In this document: positions 31,637 to 42,421 of the stretch, piece after piece
Numbering within the stretch: position 1 is the first letter of the stretch
Layout: every line of letters begins with the position of its first letter
Assembly (NCBI GenBank): GCA_027310185.1
Contig: DAIDBH010000018.1
Span: forward strand, 160,001 to 224,000
Direction: 5' to 3'
DNA: 64,000 nucleotides
From: Thermoplasmatales archaeon
Lineage (GTDB): Archaea > Thermoplasmatota > Thermoplasmata > Thermoplasmatales > Thermoplasmataceae
Notes under the pieces: generated by a model
Told to the model about the DNA's origin: nothing
What the model saw: the letters and a program-made list of their open reading frames with translations, nothing else
The model's database searches: none
Position numbers and translations under genes: made by a program

Positions 31637-32086
31637 TTATGGGGTTATTTTAATTGCTCTTGTTGGACAGACACTCTCACAGGCCATACAGAATATACAC
31701 TCATTCTCCCTTACCGGGTCGCATTTATCGGTTCTGTACTTATCATAAAGCGCCTTGTCTCCCTTGATATCCTTATCGTTGCCAGTACCCATTTGTCCGG
31801 GATTCAATTCCCATTCATATAAACTGACAGGGCAGACATCCATGCAAGCGCCGTCCGCTATACAAGTTTCCCAGTCAACTGCAACCTTAGTGCCATGTAT
31901 ACCGTTCTTTGTTGGATATGGCTTTCCATCCGCGTCCATTCTCTGCTTACCTTCAGCCCTGACATCATGGTCGTGATGCTTACCTGTTACAGGGTAGTTT
32001 TCTGTGTCTTCAGCAAAATTTTCATCTATTGGTTTTGGTTTGTAATCCAGATCTTCGAGTTTTACCACTTTATCACCTAAACCCAT
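31637..32086 (-). CDS. zfx: Zinc-containing (7Fe-type) ferredoxin
   Basis: His-rich N-terminal extension, CIADGACMDVCP and CIFCMACESVCP motifs. Confidence 0.92.
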   Translation of the reverse strand: MGLGDKVVKLEDLDYKPKPIDENFAEDTENYPVTGKHHDHDVRAEGKQRMDADGKPYPTKNGIHGTKVAVDWETCIADGACMDVCPVSLYEWELNPGQMGTGNDKDIKGDKALYDKYRTDKCDPVRENECIFCMACESVCPTRAIKITP

Positions 32087-32334
32087 ATTATTAGAATGTT
32101 ATTTAACGTTTGTGAGCTATATTAATTTTGGGCAGGAAGTCATTGTGGATTCAATAAACTCGGGAGGAATCGGGAATTAAAAGCTACATAAATAAAACCA
32201 TAAACACACTTATCCAGAGTTATTACATCAACATAGAAATAGCAAAACTAAAATCGCACTTTTCCTGATGCGTTTTGGATGATAACTATAAAAGATTGTT
32301 GATATATTTTTAACTCATAATGTAATATGGGAAC

Positions 32335-33351
32335 ATGAAAGGATCCTCTGACAAGGTTTTAGACAGAAAAGGTATAGGGGAATTCGTCAGCACTCTTGTA
32401 AGGCAACTCAAATATAGAAGGGATGATTTCAAGGTAATTGGCCCAAGCGGAGGATTTACATCTCTGATCGATCTTGGAAACATTGCGCTTGCTTTTAATA
32501 CCGATGGGGTTGGAACCAAGGTTTTGTTAGCTGCAGAGGCAAATAAATGGGAAGGGATAGGCATAGATTGTGTGGCAATGAATGTTAATGATACAATAAC
32601 AATTGGGGCAGAGCCAATCGCTATGGTGGATTATATATCGCTTAAGGACACCGATGTAAATATCGCAAAGGAAATTGGTGTGGGTCTCAATGTAGGCGCC
32701 CAAATGGCAAACATTTCTATTGTTGGAGGTGAAACTGCCCTCATTCCAGATCTTGTAAGAGACATTGATGTTTCAGGCTCAGTGATCGGTATAGCTCAAA
32801 AAAACCAGATAACTACGGGCGAAACAATAAAAGATGGGGATCTTGTATACAGTTTACAGAGTAGCGGCCTTCACTCAAATGGTTTTACAACTGTCAGGAA
32901 AATTATAAAAGAACAGGGTCTAGGAATGGATGAAACATTTCCGGGGTACAACAGGAAAGTATCAGATGTTTTACTGGAACCAACCAGGATATATGTTAGA
33001 GAAATTCTTGATATAATCAATCTTGTTGATATAAAGGGTATGGCAAATATTACAGGAGGTGGCTTCAAGAACCTTGTGAGAATGAAGGATATGAAATATG
33101 TCATAGACGATCCCGTCGAGCCCCAACCAGTTTTCACCGGATTAATGGACCTTGGAAACCTGTCTTATTCTGAAATGTATGAAATTTTTAACATGGGAAC
33201 AGGTTACGTAGTTGTTATTGACGCCGACAGTAAGCATGATTTCGTAAGCACGCTAAGGAATCGTGTATCCATAAGGGAAATCGGGCACATAGAAAATGGA
33301 TCAGGCATTGAGATACCGAAATATGGTGTGAGCCTGAAGGATTACTATTAA
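32335..33351 (+). CDS. purM: Phosphoribosylformylglycinamidine cyclo-ligase
   Basis: TDGVGTK, AMNVND, GGETA, SSGLHSNG and FNMG motifs. Confidence 0.96.
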   Translation: MKGSSDKVLDRKGIGEFVSTLVRQLKYRRDDFKVIGPSGGFTSLIDLGNIALAFNTDGVGTKVLLAAEANKWEGIGIDCVAMNVNDTITIGAEPIAMVDYISLKDTDVNIAKEIGVGLNVGAQMANISIVGGETALIPDLVRDIDVSGSVIGIAQKNQITTGETIKDGDLVYSLQSSGLHSNGFTTVRKIIKEQGLGMDETFPGYNRKVSDVLLEPTRIYVREILDIINLVDIKGMANITGGGFKNLVRMKDMKYVIDDPVEPQPVFTGLMDLGNLSYSEMYEIFNMGTGYVVVIDADSKHDFVSTLRNRVSIREIGHIENGSGIEIPKYGVSLKDYY

Positions 33352-33367
33352 TTTCCCACCACTAATT

Positions 33368-34714
33368 TTAATCAATTGACTTTTCTCCTTCTCCAATGAA
33401 TTTTTTATAAACTGAAAGTGATTTCTCTCTCATTTCTTTGTATGTCAATTCCGGTCTTCTATACCTATTGCATTTCCCTTCATTCATATGTTCAGGGTCA
33501 TGGATGGATTCAACAGGGCAGTCACTCAATTCTTCAACCCATTTCCTGATGAATTTTCCTTCCGGATCTATTTCAGCGCCATTCTTCAATGGATTATAGA
33601 TCCTGAAGTATGCCCATGAAAAGTCAGAGCAGCCGCTGACCCATTGCCAGGATGAATAATTGTTCGCCTCGTCTGCGTCCACCAGAGTATCCATGAACCA
33701 TTCTGCACCATATGTCCATTTTATACGATCCAGCTTCGTCAGGAAATCAGATACTAATAGGCGCTTCCTGTTATCAATCCACCCTGTTTGCCAGAGTTTT
33801 CTCATGATGGCATCAATTATAGGGAAACCTGTTTTCCCCTCCTTCCAGTCGATCAGATCTTTCCATTGTCCAGACCATGGAAAACTGTCCATCCTTCTAT
33901 TTATTGATAATATGCCACTATCTGGCCTTCTCGCATAGGAACAATAGAAAAACTCTCTCCATAGAAGATTTCTTTTAATTATACCAACTTCCTCATCTTC
34001 GCCTCTGGAAATTATCCCCCAAAGGTTCCTGATATTTATCTGTCCATGCCTTATATAAGGAGAAAGTCCAGCACTTTCATTTTCCAGACCACCTTCCATC
34101 AACCTCTCAACAGCCATGCTTCCAGCCTCCTCACCAGTATTCCAGTATTTTGCCAAATTCCTTTCCCACGATGAAAATTCTATTTTCCTGTTTATGACAT
34201 TGGTCTCACTAAACTCAGGTAAATCTTCAGTATATCCCTCATCAAGATCAAATTTCATATCCATTGCAGATCTGTAGAACTGTTTGAAATTTTCAAAATT
34301 GATCTTCATATTCATAATCATTTCATCGGATAGCAGATTATTGGGTTGACACATCTTAGCTTCCACACCCCTGCTTATAAAATATTCATGAATTTCTCCA
34401 AAAGCATTTCTTACTCTAGCATAGGGCACGGACTGGGAAACTATTCTTTCAATTCTGTTAGTGACTATAATTTCTTTCAGAACGGGTATATAATCTCCCG
34501 AACTCTCAACAATGGGTATTCTCTCTATTCCAAATTTATGTGCCAGATCTATGAGACTGCTCTTTACCCACCAAAGGCTTGCTCCACTCAGTTTTTCAAT
34601 TTTCGGATCCTTTAGAAAAATTGGGAAGATTATGTCATTTCTTTCTGCTGCTTCTTCAAGAACCTTGTTATCATGTATCCTCAGGTCATGTGAGAGAATG
34701 TAAAGAGTACGCAC
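33368..34714 (-). CDS. phr: Photolyase/cryptochrome family protein
   Basis: DLRIHDN, LSPY..HGQI, LLWREF, GKTGFPIIDA, LVDAD..NN..WQW, DPEGKFIRKWV. Confidence 0.9.
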   Translation of the reverse strand: MRTLYILSHDLRIHDNKVLEEAAERNDIIFPIFLKDPKIEKLSGASLWWVKSSLIDLAHKFGIERIPIVESSGDYIPVLKEIIVTNRIERIVSQSVPYARVRNAFGEIHEYFISRGVEAKMCQPNNLLSDEMIMNMKINFENFKQFYRSAMDMKFDLDEGYTEDLPEFSETNVINRKIEFSSWERNLAKYWNTGEEAGSMAVERLMEGGLENESAGLSPYIRHGQINIRNLWGIISRGEDEEVGIIKRNLLWREFFYCSYARRPDSGILSINRRMDSFPWSGQWKDLIDWKEGKTGFPIIDAIMRKLWQTGWIDNRKRLLVSDFLTKLDRIKWTYGAEWFMDTLVDADEANNYSSWQWVSGCSDFSWAYFRIYNPLKNGAEIDPEGKFIRKWVEELSDCPVESIHDPEHMNEGKCNRYRRPELTYKEMREKSLSVYKKFIGEGEKSID

Positions 34715-34772
34715 ATTATGGTTATAAAGGAATGATTAATAAAGTTAATAAATCAATTTGGCATGGACATCT

Positions 34773-35123
34773 ATGAAGGTTATAGCAGTAGTCGACGAAG
34801 AAGACGTATTAACTCCTCTGGAGTATGGTAATACAATTGTGGAGATAGATACAGAGACAAAGCAGAAGAAATTCTATGAAAATCCCGGCTTCGGTTCTCC
34901 GTTTCAGGGAAAGGAACGAGCAATGGCTGGAATTCTGACACTTAACGCAGATGCAATTATCGTGAAGGAAGGTGTTCTCTGCCCAGGATCGTACATGATG
35001 TCCAAGGGAAAAATGAAATATATCCCGGTAGAAGAAGAGAAATTACAGGAGATTGAGCCAAAGCTCAACGATATTGCAAAGAAAGCAACTCCTGAACTTG
35101 ATTTCAATATATACAGGGAATAA
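34773..35123 (+). CDS. Hypothetical protein, NifX/NifB-like fold suspected
   Basis: MKVIAV...ENP...ADAIIV...LCPGS pattern resembles FeMo-cofactor-biosynthesis-like small proteins. Confidence 0.55.
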   Translation: MKVIAVVDEEDVLTPLEYGNTIVEIDTETKQKKFYENPGFGSPFQGKERAMAGILTLNADAIIVKEGVLCPGSYMMSKGKMKYIPVEEEKLQEIEPKLNDIAKKATPELDFNIYRE

Positions 35124-35188
35124 ATTTACCAAAAAATTCCTCAATTTTTTAAAAATTTCGCAGTTTTATGTATTTTTATAATAAATTG

Positions 35189-37876
35189 TTATAAGAGTTT
35201 CCTCATAACATTCTGAAGGATTCCTCCGTTGTTGAAATATTTTACTTCCACAGGAGTGTCAAGCCTTATTTCAACTTCAATTTTTCCAGCTTTTCCATCT
35301 TTCTTCATGAAGCTCAGTGTTGCATTTGCATGTGGAGATAGTTTTTCTGGCAACTTTAGATCAAACTCTGAAAATGGATCTATATTCAAAGATTCAAAAT
35401 TCTCCTTCTCTTTGAATTGAAGGGGAAGAACTCCCATTCCAACCAGGTTGCTTCTGTGGATTCTTTCATAATTCTCTGCGACAACTGCTTTTACGCCAAG
35501 AAGATATGGTCCCTTTGCTGCCCAATCTCTTGAGGAACCTGTGCCGTATTCTTTTCCTGCAAATACGATTGAGCCGTTTCCATCATTTACATAGTCCATG
35601 GATGCATCAAATATCCACACATCTTCTCCATCTTTCGCTTTCTTTGTATATGGGCCAACCTGCGATGCCATTTTATTGGAAATCCTGTTATTCCCAAATG
35701 TTCCCCGCATCATTACTTCGTGGTTTCCCCTTCTTGAGCCAAATGAATTGAAGTCTTCAGGTTTGACACCCTTTTCAACAAGATATTTTCCAGCGGGGCT
35801 ATTTTTTGATATGGAACCAGCTGGTGATATATGATCAGTAGTCACTGAATCTCCGAAGACAGCAAGACATTTGAGACCATTTATATCTCTTACATATTTT
35901 GGCAATTTCGATGAAAAGTTTTCGAAAAATGGAGGATTCTTGATATAAGTGCTCTTATCGTCCCACCTGTAAAGATCACCCTCTGGTGCATCCATTTCAT
36001 TCCACAACTCACTGAATCCATAGACATTGGAATAATTCTTCTGGTAAAGGTCTTCCTTCAGGACTTTTGAGATGACGCTGTTAATTTCTTCATCTGATGG
36101 CCATATATCTTTTAGAAATACGTCTTTCCCATTCTTATCTTTTCCAAGTGGCTCTTTCCTCATGTTTATATTTATGGTTCCAGCAAGTGCAAAGGCAACT
36201 ACCAGTGGAGGTGACATAAGATAATTTGCCTTCACGTTCCTGTGGATTCTTGCTTCAAAGTTTCTATTTCCTGATAGTACTGAAACTGTATAAAGGTCAT
36301 TATTAACAATTGCATCCTCAATGGGTTTTTCAAGTGGCCCACTGTTTCCAATGCAGGTTGTGCATCCGAAGCCAACGAGATCGAATCCAAGTTTGTTCAG
36401 ATATTGCTGAAGTCCGCTCTTTTCCAGATACTGGGATACTACTCTTGAGCCGGGTGCGAGACTGGTCTTTACTTTAGGATTTACCGCAAGGCCCAATTCA
36501 AATGCCTTCCTGGCCAGTAATCCTGCACCAACCATAACTCTCGGATTGGAGGTGTTTGTGCAACTTGTGATTGCTGCAATTACTACGTCACCGTCCGTCA
36601 GATCAACTTTTTTTCCCTTAAGCTGAATGGATGCAGTTTTCAAAGATACCTGAACCTGCCCATTCTTTCCATCCTTATGAGACTCACCCGATGTCTCAAG
36701 AAACTTAAGGAATGACTTTTCAGAATCCTCAAGTTTTACCATCTGCTGGGGAAGCTTTGGTCCCGCAATGGTGCTTTCAATCTGTTCAAGATCAAGATCA
36801 ATTACTTCTGAATACTGGATGTTGTTCTGCACACCATACATTCCCTGGGCCTTCATGTACTCCTTTACAAGATTTATGTGTTCCTTTTCTCTTCCCGTCA
36901 GTTCAAGGTATGAGATTGTTTCATCATCCACTGGAAATAGTGCGCATGTTGCACCATATTCTGGGCACATATTAGATAAGGTTGCCCTGTCAGGAAGAGC
37001 GAGGTGTTTGACACCTTCTCCGTAAAACTCAACAAACTTTCCAACAACATTGCTTCTTCTAAGTAACTCAGTCAGTGTTAGTACAACATCTGTTGCAGTG
37101 ACCCCTTCCTTTGGCTTCCCATGCAGATTAACACCAACCACTTTTGGTGACAGGAAAGTTACTGGCTGGCCAAGCATCGCTGCTTCTGCTTCAATACCAC
37201 CAACACCCCATCCAAGGATTCCAAGACCATTAATCATTGTGGTGTGTGAATCTGTTCCAACCAGGGAATCAAAGTATGCTGTCATTTTACCATCTTTCTC
37301 CGAGACCTGTACAACTTTTCCAAGAAACTCAAGATTTACCTGATGTACTATACCCGTAGAGGGTGGAACTATCCTCAAATTCTTCATGGATTTCTGTGCC
37401 CACTTCAGGAATCTGTATCTTTCCTTATTCCTTTCAAATTCCTTTTCTGAATTCTTCTTGAGGGCATCTTCTGTACCATAATAGTCTACCTGTACTGAAT
37501 GATCTATCACAAGGTCCACCGGTACTATCGGTTCTATCTTCTCCGGGTCCTCTCCAAGCTTCTTAAAGGCTTCTCTCATAGAAGCAAGGTCCACAACTGC
37601 AGGAACGCCGGTAAAATCCTGCATCAAGACTCTTGCCACCGTGAATGGTATCTCAAAGTCACCGGGATTCGTTGGAGTCCTTGAAAATATGTTCTTCAAA
37701 TCCTCCTCTCTTATGGTTTCACCGTCAAAATTTCTCACCATTGCTTCCATGATGATTCTAATGCTCATCGGTACCCTATCTATATTTGGAACTTCTTTTA
37801 TGAGCTTTTTCAGTGATACAATACTGTATTTTTTATTGCCAACTTCTATCTGATCATAAAATTCTTCCTTCTTCAT
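35189..37876 (-). CDS. acnA: Aconitate hydratase AcnA
   Basis: QDFTGVPA, GTDSHT, ITSCTNTSNP, GCTTCIGNSG and GSSRDWAAKG; start trimmed to MKKEEF. Confidence 0.97.
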   Translation of the reverse strand: MKKEEFYDQIEVGNKKYSIVSLKKLIKEVPNIDRVPMSIRIIMEAMVRNFDGETIREEDLKNIFSRTPTNPGDFEIPFTVARVLMQDFTGVPAVVDLASMREAFKKLGEDPEKIEPIVPVDLVIDHSVQVDYYGTEDALKKNSEKEFERNKERYRFLKWAQKSMKNLRIVPPSTGIVHQVNLEFLGKVVQVSEKDGKMTAYFDSLVGTDSHTTMINGLGILGWGVGGIEAEAAMLGQPVTFLSPKVVGVNLHGKPKEGVTATDVVLTLTELLRRSNVVGKFVEFYGEGVKHLALPDRATLSNMCPEYGATCALFPVDDETISYLELTGREKEHINLVKEYMKAQGMYGVQNNIQYSEVIDLDLEQIESTIAGPKLPQQMVKLEDSEKSFLKFLETSGESHKDGKNGQVQVSLKTASIQLKGKKVDLTDGDVVIAAITSCTNTSNPRVMVGAGLLARKAFELGLAVNPKVKTSLAPGSRVVSQYLEKSGLQQYLNKLGFDLVGFGCTTCIGNSGPLEKPIEDAIVNNDLYTVSVLSGNRNFEARIHRNVKANYLMSPPLVVAFALAGTININMRKEPLGKDKNGKDVFLKDIWPSDEEINSVISKVLKEDLYQKNYSNVYGFSELWNEMDAPEGDLYRWDDKSTYIKNPPFFENFSSKLPKYVRDINGLKCLAVFGDSVTTDHISPAGSISKNSPAGKYLVEKGVKPEDFNSFGSRRGNHEVMMRGTFGNNRISNKMASQVGPYTKKAKDGEDVWIFDASMDYVNDGNGSIVFAGKEYGTGSSRDWAAKGPYLLGVKAVVAENYERIHRSNLVGMGVLPLQFKEKENFESLNIDPFSEFDLKLPEKLSPHANATLSFMKKDGKAGKIEVEIRLDTPVEVKYFNNGGILQNVMRKLL

Positions 37877-38025
37877 ATATCTATATGGCAAACTCAATTA
37901 TAAGTTTTGAAACTATTTTAAATACCACATTAATGTTTTAAAAATAACGTGGATCAAACAATCCACAAATTTGTAACTATTATAAACAAAGTGCAGGTTA
38001 AAATAATAAATCATTCTTAGCCCAT

Positions 38026-41000
38026 ATGGAAAATTATATTCTACAACCGGATATTCACGAGAACAAGTTATGCTTCGTTTCTGAAGATGACCTGTTTATC
38101 AGTAACATGGATGGCGGTAATTCAAGAAGGATCGTTTCTGGACTGGGAGTTATCAGCAATCCTAGATTCTCTGAAGATGGTAGACACATAGCTTTCAGGC
38201 TAATGAGAGGAGTACATAACGGAGTGAATGAAATTTTTGTATGTGACTCTGAAGGAGGATCATTGATACAGATGACTCATATAGGATCACCGGCAACTGG
38301 AATCGCAGGATGGATAGATTCTAGCAATATCATGATTTATTCAGATATCTATGAGCCTACACGTGGAATAACCGAGTTCTATTCCATCAACCTCAAAACC
38401 AGAAAAATGGAAAAGACAGAGTATGGATATGGAAACACGATACAGTTCTCTGGAAAAGGTATATTGCTTGGAAGAAACACCATGGAAGTGCCATACTGGA
38501 AAAACTACAGAGGAGGAACCAGAGGCAAAGTATGGTTCAGATTAAAGGGAAGCAAGAAATTTGAAAAACTGCTGGATATTGAGACAAACATTCATTCTCC
38601 AGTTGTACTGGGAACAAAATTATATTTCGTTACCGACAGGGATGGTACAGCAAATGTGTATGTATATGATTTTTCAGAAAAGAAAATCGAGAAGCTTTCA
38701 GATTTCAGGGAACACGATGTTAGGCCCATGAACGGTCACGGGACTAATCTTGTATTTACTGTTGCTGGTGAACTGTATGTATTCAACGTTATAGAAGGAA
38801 AGGCGCGAAAAATCCCTATCAAGATAGATTCCAGATTCACAGAAAAAAATTATGAATTCAACAGTGTTTCAGAGAGTATAGAGAGGATACGCCTTTTTGA
38901 TGAAGAAAATATTTCTATTGTATCACGAGGAAGAGGAATTCTCAAGGGGAAATATATGAATGCTCCTGTAACTCTAAACGCAACCTTCCACGGAAGAATA
39001 AGAAGAGTAGAAAGAATGGACGGTGACAGGTTTGCAACTGTACAGGAGATCAATGGGGAAGACGGTATAGTTATTTACAGGAGAAATGGGAAGGAAGAAA
39101 AATCAGTTCCACTGGATATGGGAATTATAATGAATATGAAAATAGTAGCAGGGTCAGATAATGTTGTCATATCCAACAACAGGCACGAGCTTTACATGGT
39201 TGATCTGAATACAGCGTCAAAAAATCTCATAGACAGGAGTCCAGGAGGCAGATTGAGTGACTTTGATATCAGCAGGGATGGGAAACTGGTTGCATATTCA
39301 TTTGGACTCACTTCAGGTCGATCACAGATCAGAATTTATTCCATAGAAGAAAAGAAGGTATATGAGGCCACGTCAACTTCAGCAGCTGATTTCTCCCCAT
39401 CCTTTGACACTTCAGGAATGTTTCTCAGCTATCTCACAAACAGGGCACTTGATCCCACCTATGACAATCTTATATTTGATCTTGGCTTCATGACAATATT
39501 CAAGCCCTACTGTATAGCTCTAAAGAAGGGAGGGCAAAATCCATTTCTTGGCATCCCGCCAAAATTCTCAAAGGAAGATACTGAACTCCCCTACGAGCTT
39601 GAAGATCTTAAAATGAAGTCTCAGTCTTTTCCCATTGATGCAGATAACTATGGTGAGCTTCAGGCAGGGAATTCAGTCGTATTCTACACAAGAACCAAAA
39701 TCGAAGGTTCAACAAAGCATTATAGCCTCGGAGGGCAGGCCCAGAGAAAATGGACTCTTCTCTGCTATGATTTCACAAAGAGAGAAGAAAGAGTGGTGAT
39801 CGATGGGATCAGTTCATTCAGCCTATCTGACGATAGAAAGAAAATTCTTGTGGCGAGAAACGGGGATTATTTCATCATAAATTCTGATTCCACAGCAGAT
39901 AATCACAAGGATCTTGAGAAGGGCAAAGTAGATCTTGCATTACTAAACATTAGGAGAGATCGGAAGGAAGAATTCAGGCAGATGCTCAATGAAACCTGGA
40001 AACTCATGAGGGAAGGGTACTGGAACAGTGAAAAATTATCTGGCTGGAGCAATGTGAGAAAGAAATACGAAAAGCTTCTGTCAAAGGTTAATACAAGAGC
40101 TGAACTTTCTGATATTCTTAAGAAGATGCAGGGCGAACTCGGGACATCCCATTCCTATGAGATAGGTGGAGATCTGACAAATATTGACTATTACCCATCT
40201 GGCAGGCTCGGTGCATTCACCGAAGAAACTGAAGAGGGGGCATATATAAGAAAGATTTATTGCGGGGACCCATCGAACGAAGGGGAGAAATCTCCACTAA
40301 TGACCACAGGTATTGAAATACATGAGGGAGATCTTATAAAAAAGATAGATGGCATGGACATCAACCAGGATTACGGTGTGTTTGAGGCACTGCTTAACAA
40401 GAAGGAAGATACTGTAAGTATTGTGGTTTCGGGAAAGGATGATAAGGAGAGGGAATATGGAATTAAGCTTCTGAGCAACCACAGGAATCTTATTTACAGG
40501 GATTGGGTGGAAAGCAAGAAAAAGTATGTTCATGAAAAGAGCAGGGGAAAGGCAGGGTACATACACATTCCGGATATGGGTCCAGCTGGGTTTACTGAAT
40601 TTTACAGGTTATTTTCAGAGGAAACTACTTATGAGAACCTTGTCGTTGACGTACGATATAACGGAGGAGGACACGTTTCCCAGCTCATCCTGGATAAACT
40701 CGGGCGTAAATTTCTTGGAAAGGATATCTCCAGATTCGGGGAACCTGAACCCTATCCAAGCTATAGCATCAAGGGAAAGATGGTATGTGTTACGAACGAG
40801 TATGCAGGTTCTGATGGGGACATATTCAGTCACGCGTTCAAGTTGATGAATCTAGGTGAACTTGTCGGAACAAGAACATGGGGGGGTGTTATAGGAATCA
40901 ACCCTATGACAAGGCTCATAGATGGAACGGTTGTTACGCAGCCTGAATACGCCTTCAGCTTTATTGATGTAGGACTTGGAGTGGAAAATTACGGAACGGA

Positions 41001-41088
41001 TCCAACAATAGAGGTTGAAGTTTCTCCAGAAGAATTTGCTTCAGGTAAAGACCCACAACTGGATATGGCCCTTAAAGTAATTCTATAA
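38026..41088 (+). CDS. tri: Tricorn protease
   Basis: Beta-propeller repeats, YRGGTRG, ELGTSHSY, DVRYNGGG, AGSDGD (catalytic Ser), RTWGG. Confidence 0.95.
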   Translation: MENYILQPDIHENKLCFVSEDDLFISNMDGGNSRRIVSGLGVISNPRFSEDGRHIAFRLMRGVHNGVNEIFVCDSEGGSLIQMTHIGSPATGIAGWIDSSNIMIYSDIYEPTRGITEFYSINLKTRKMEKTEYGYGNTIQFSGKGILLGRNTMEVPYWKNYRGGTRGKVWFRLKGSKKFEKLLDIETNIHSPVVLGTKLYFVTDRDGTANVYVYDFSEKKIEKLSDFREHDVRPMNGHGTNLVFTVAGELYVFNVIEGKARKIPIKIDSRFTEKNYEFNSVSESIERIRLFDEENISIVSRGRGILKGKYMNAPVTLNATFHGRIRRVERMDGDRFATVQEINGEDGIVIYRRNGKEEKSVPLDMGIIMNMKIVAGSDNVVISNNRHELYMVDLNTASKNLIDRSPGGRLSDFDISRDGKLVAYSFGLTSGRSQIRIYSIEEKKVYEATSTSAADFSPSFDTSGMFLSYLTNRALDPTYDNLIFDLGFMTIFKPYCIALKKGGQNPFLGIPPKFSKEDTELPYELEDLKMKSQSFPIDADNYGELQAGNSVVFYTRTKIEGSTKHYSLGGQAQRKWTLLCYDFTKREERVVIDGISSFSLSDDRKKILVARNGDYFIINSDSTADNHKDLEKGKVDLALLNIRRDRKEEFRQMLNETWKLMREGYWNSEKLSGWSNVRKKYEKLLSKVNTRAELSDILKKMQGELGTSHSYEIGGDLTNIDYYPSGRLGAFTEETEEGAYIRKIYCGDPSNEGEKSPLMTTGIEIHEGDLIKKIDGMDINQDYGVFEALLNKKEDTVSIVVSGKDDKEREYGIKLLSNHRNLIYRDWVESKKKYVHEKSRGKAGYIHIPDMGPAGFTEFYRLFSEETTYENLVVDVRYNGGGHVSQLILDKLGRKFLGKDISRFGEPEPYPSYSIKGKMVCVTNEYAGSDGDIFSHAFKLMNLGELVGTRTWGGVIGINPMTRLIDGTVVTQPEYAFSFIDVGLGVENYGTDPTIEVEVSPEEFASGKDPQLDMALKVIL

Positions 41089-41187
41089 ATAAAAAGGAAA
41101 ACATAATTTTTTATTAAAAACATCAAATTTTACTAATTCCCACGTTTCCTTTAGGATAACCTTTTATTCCCCTGATAACATATTGTT

Positions 41188-42057
41188 TTGATGATATCAG
41201 ATCAGGCGACACAGGACACAGTGAATCAGATCAGGAACATTATGATATCTGAAAGAAGGAGCCCCAGGACAGTGAAGCAATATTCATTCCTTCTTGAAGT
41301 TTTCCTGGAATTCATCAGGAAACCACTGGAAGAATGTGATTCCAGTGATATAGAGAAATATAAATTCTACCTGGCCACAGAAAGAAATTATTCCAAGAAC
41401 AGCCAGTATCTTGCGGTTCAGGCACTGAAGTATGCCATGAAGGTGAAGGATATAAAAATTCCAAAGAATCTGACACCACCTAAGAGATCAAGAAAAATGC
41501 CGGTTTACCTCAGCCAGAGCGAATCTTCAAGACTGTTGAAGGAAAGCAGCAAAAGTCAGAGAGATTTTACAATAGTTAATCTACTTTTAAACTCAGGGCT
41601 CAGGGTTAGTGAACTGTGTAATCTGAAAACTGAAGATATAGAATTCGACACAGGAAAGATAATAATACATGGTGGGAAGGGAGATAAGGAAAGAATTGCC
41701 CTAGTTTCTGACAAGGTAATGGAATCATTGAAACAGTATTTTAAATCCAGGCTGGGCAGGAATGTAGACTCTCCATATTTCTTCACCAGCAACAAGGGGG
41801 GAATGTTCCACACGTCAACAATCGAGAAGATAGTAAGGGATATTGCCAGGGAAGCTGGCATCAACAGAAAGGTAACACCACATACACTTAGACATACGTT
41901 TGCAACAAATATTCTCAAGAATGGAGGAGATATAAGATTCATACAGACACTTCTGGGTCATTCCAGCATAAGTACCACTGAAATATATACGCATCTTGAC
42001 AGTGATACCATGAGAGAAATGTTTAAGAAATTCGGGCCAAAATACTATGAAGAATAA
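41188..42057 (+). CDS. xerA: Chromosomal tyrosine recombinase XerA
   Basis: GLRVSEL, GKGDKER, TPHTLRHTFAT, LLGHSSISTTEIY; among core genes, no att context. Confidence 0.88.
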   Translation: MMISDQATQDTVNQIRNIMISERRSPRTVKQYSFLLEVFLEFIRKPLEECDSSDIEKYKFYLATERNYSKNSQYLAVQALKYAMKVKDIKIPKNLTPPKRSRKMPVYLSQSESSRLLKESSKSQRDFTIVNLLLNSGLRVSELCNLKTEDIEFDTGKIIIHGGKGDKERIALVSDKVMESLKQYFKSRLGRNVDSPYFFTSNKGGMFHTSTIEKIVRDIAREAGINRKVTPHTLRHTFATNILKNGGDIRFIQTLLGHSSISTTEIYTHLDSDTMREMFKKFGPKYYEE

Positions 42058-42107
42058 ACAATGTATTTTCTAATTAACAAGCTGGGATTAAAAATTGGAA
42101 ATAAAAT

Positions 42108-42317
42108 TTATTGTTTTGGATAGAATGATTCTACCTTGGTTCTGTTTCCCTCGTGATCATACATGAAGACCCCTTCTTTCTCGTCCAGGGTTTTCTTGTG
42201 AGAACCGTCACAGTATGGCTTATTCCCTGACAATCCGCATGCACATATATGCAGTTCCTGATCTCCGGCCTTTATCACATATGGTCTGTCTTTTTCGTGT
42301 AACACTATTCTTGACAT
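42108..42317 (-). CDS. CDGSH iron-sulfur domain protein
   Basis: CACGLSGNKPYCDGSH. Confidence 0.93.
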   Translation of the reverse strand: MSRIVLHEKDRPYVIKAGDQELHICACGLSGNKPYCDGSHKKTLDEKEGVFMYDHEGNRTKVESFYPKQ

Positions 42318-42421
42318 ATCTATCTATTAATCATACCAATTAATTACTAAAGGGTTTTCATTTTTTCAAATGTAGATACTCCGTGGGTAATTTTCTGGTT
42401 TATTATAGGTGAAAATATCTC

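Noticed and set aside
41188-42057. Tyrosine recombinase as a provirus or island integrase
   Set aside because: XerA-like size and motifs, core-gene neighbours, and no att repeats or viral genes
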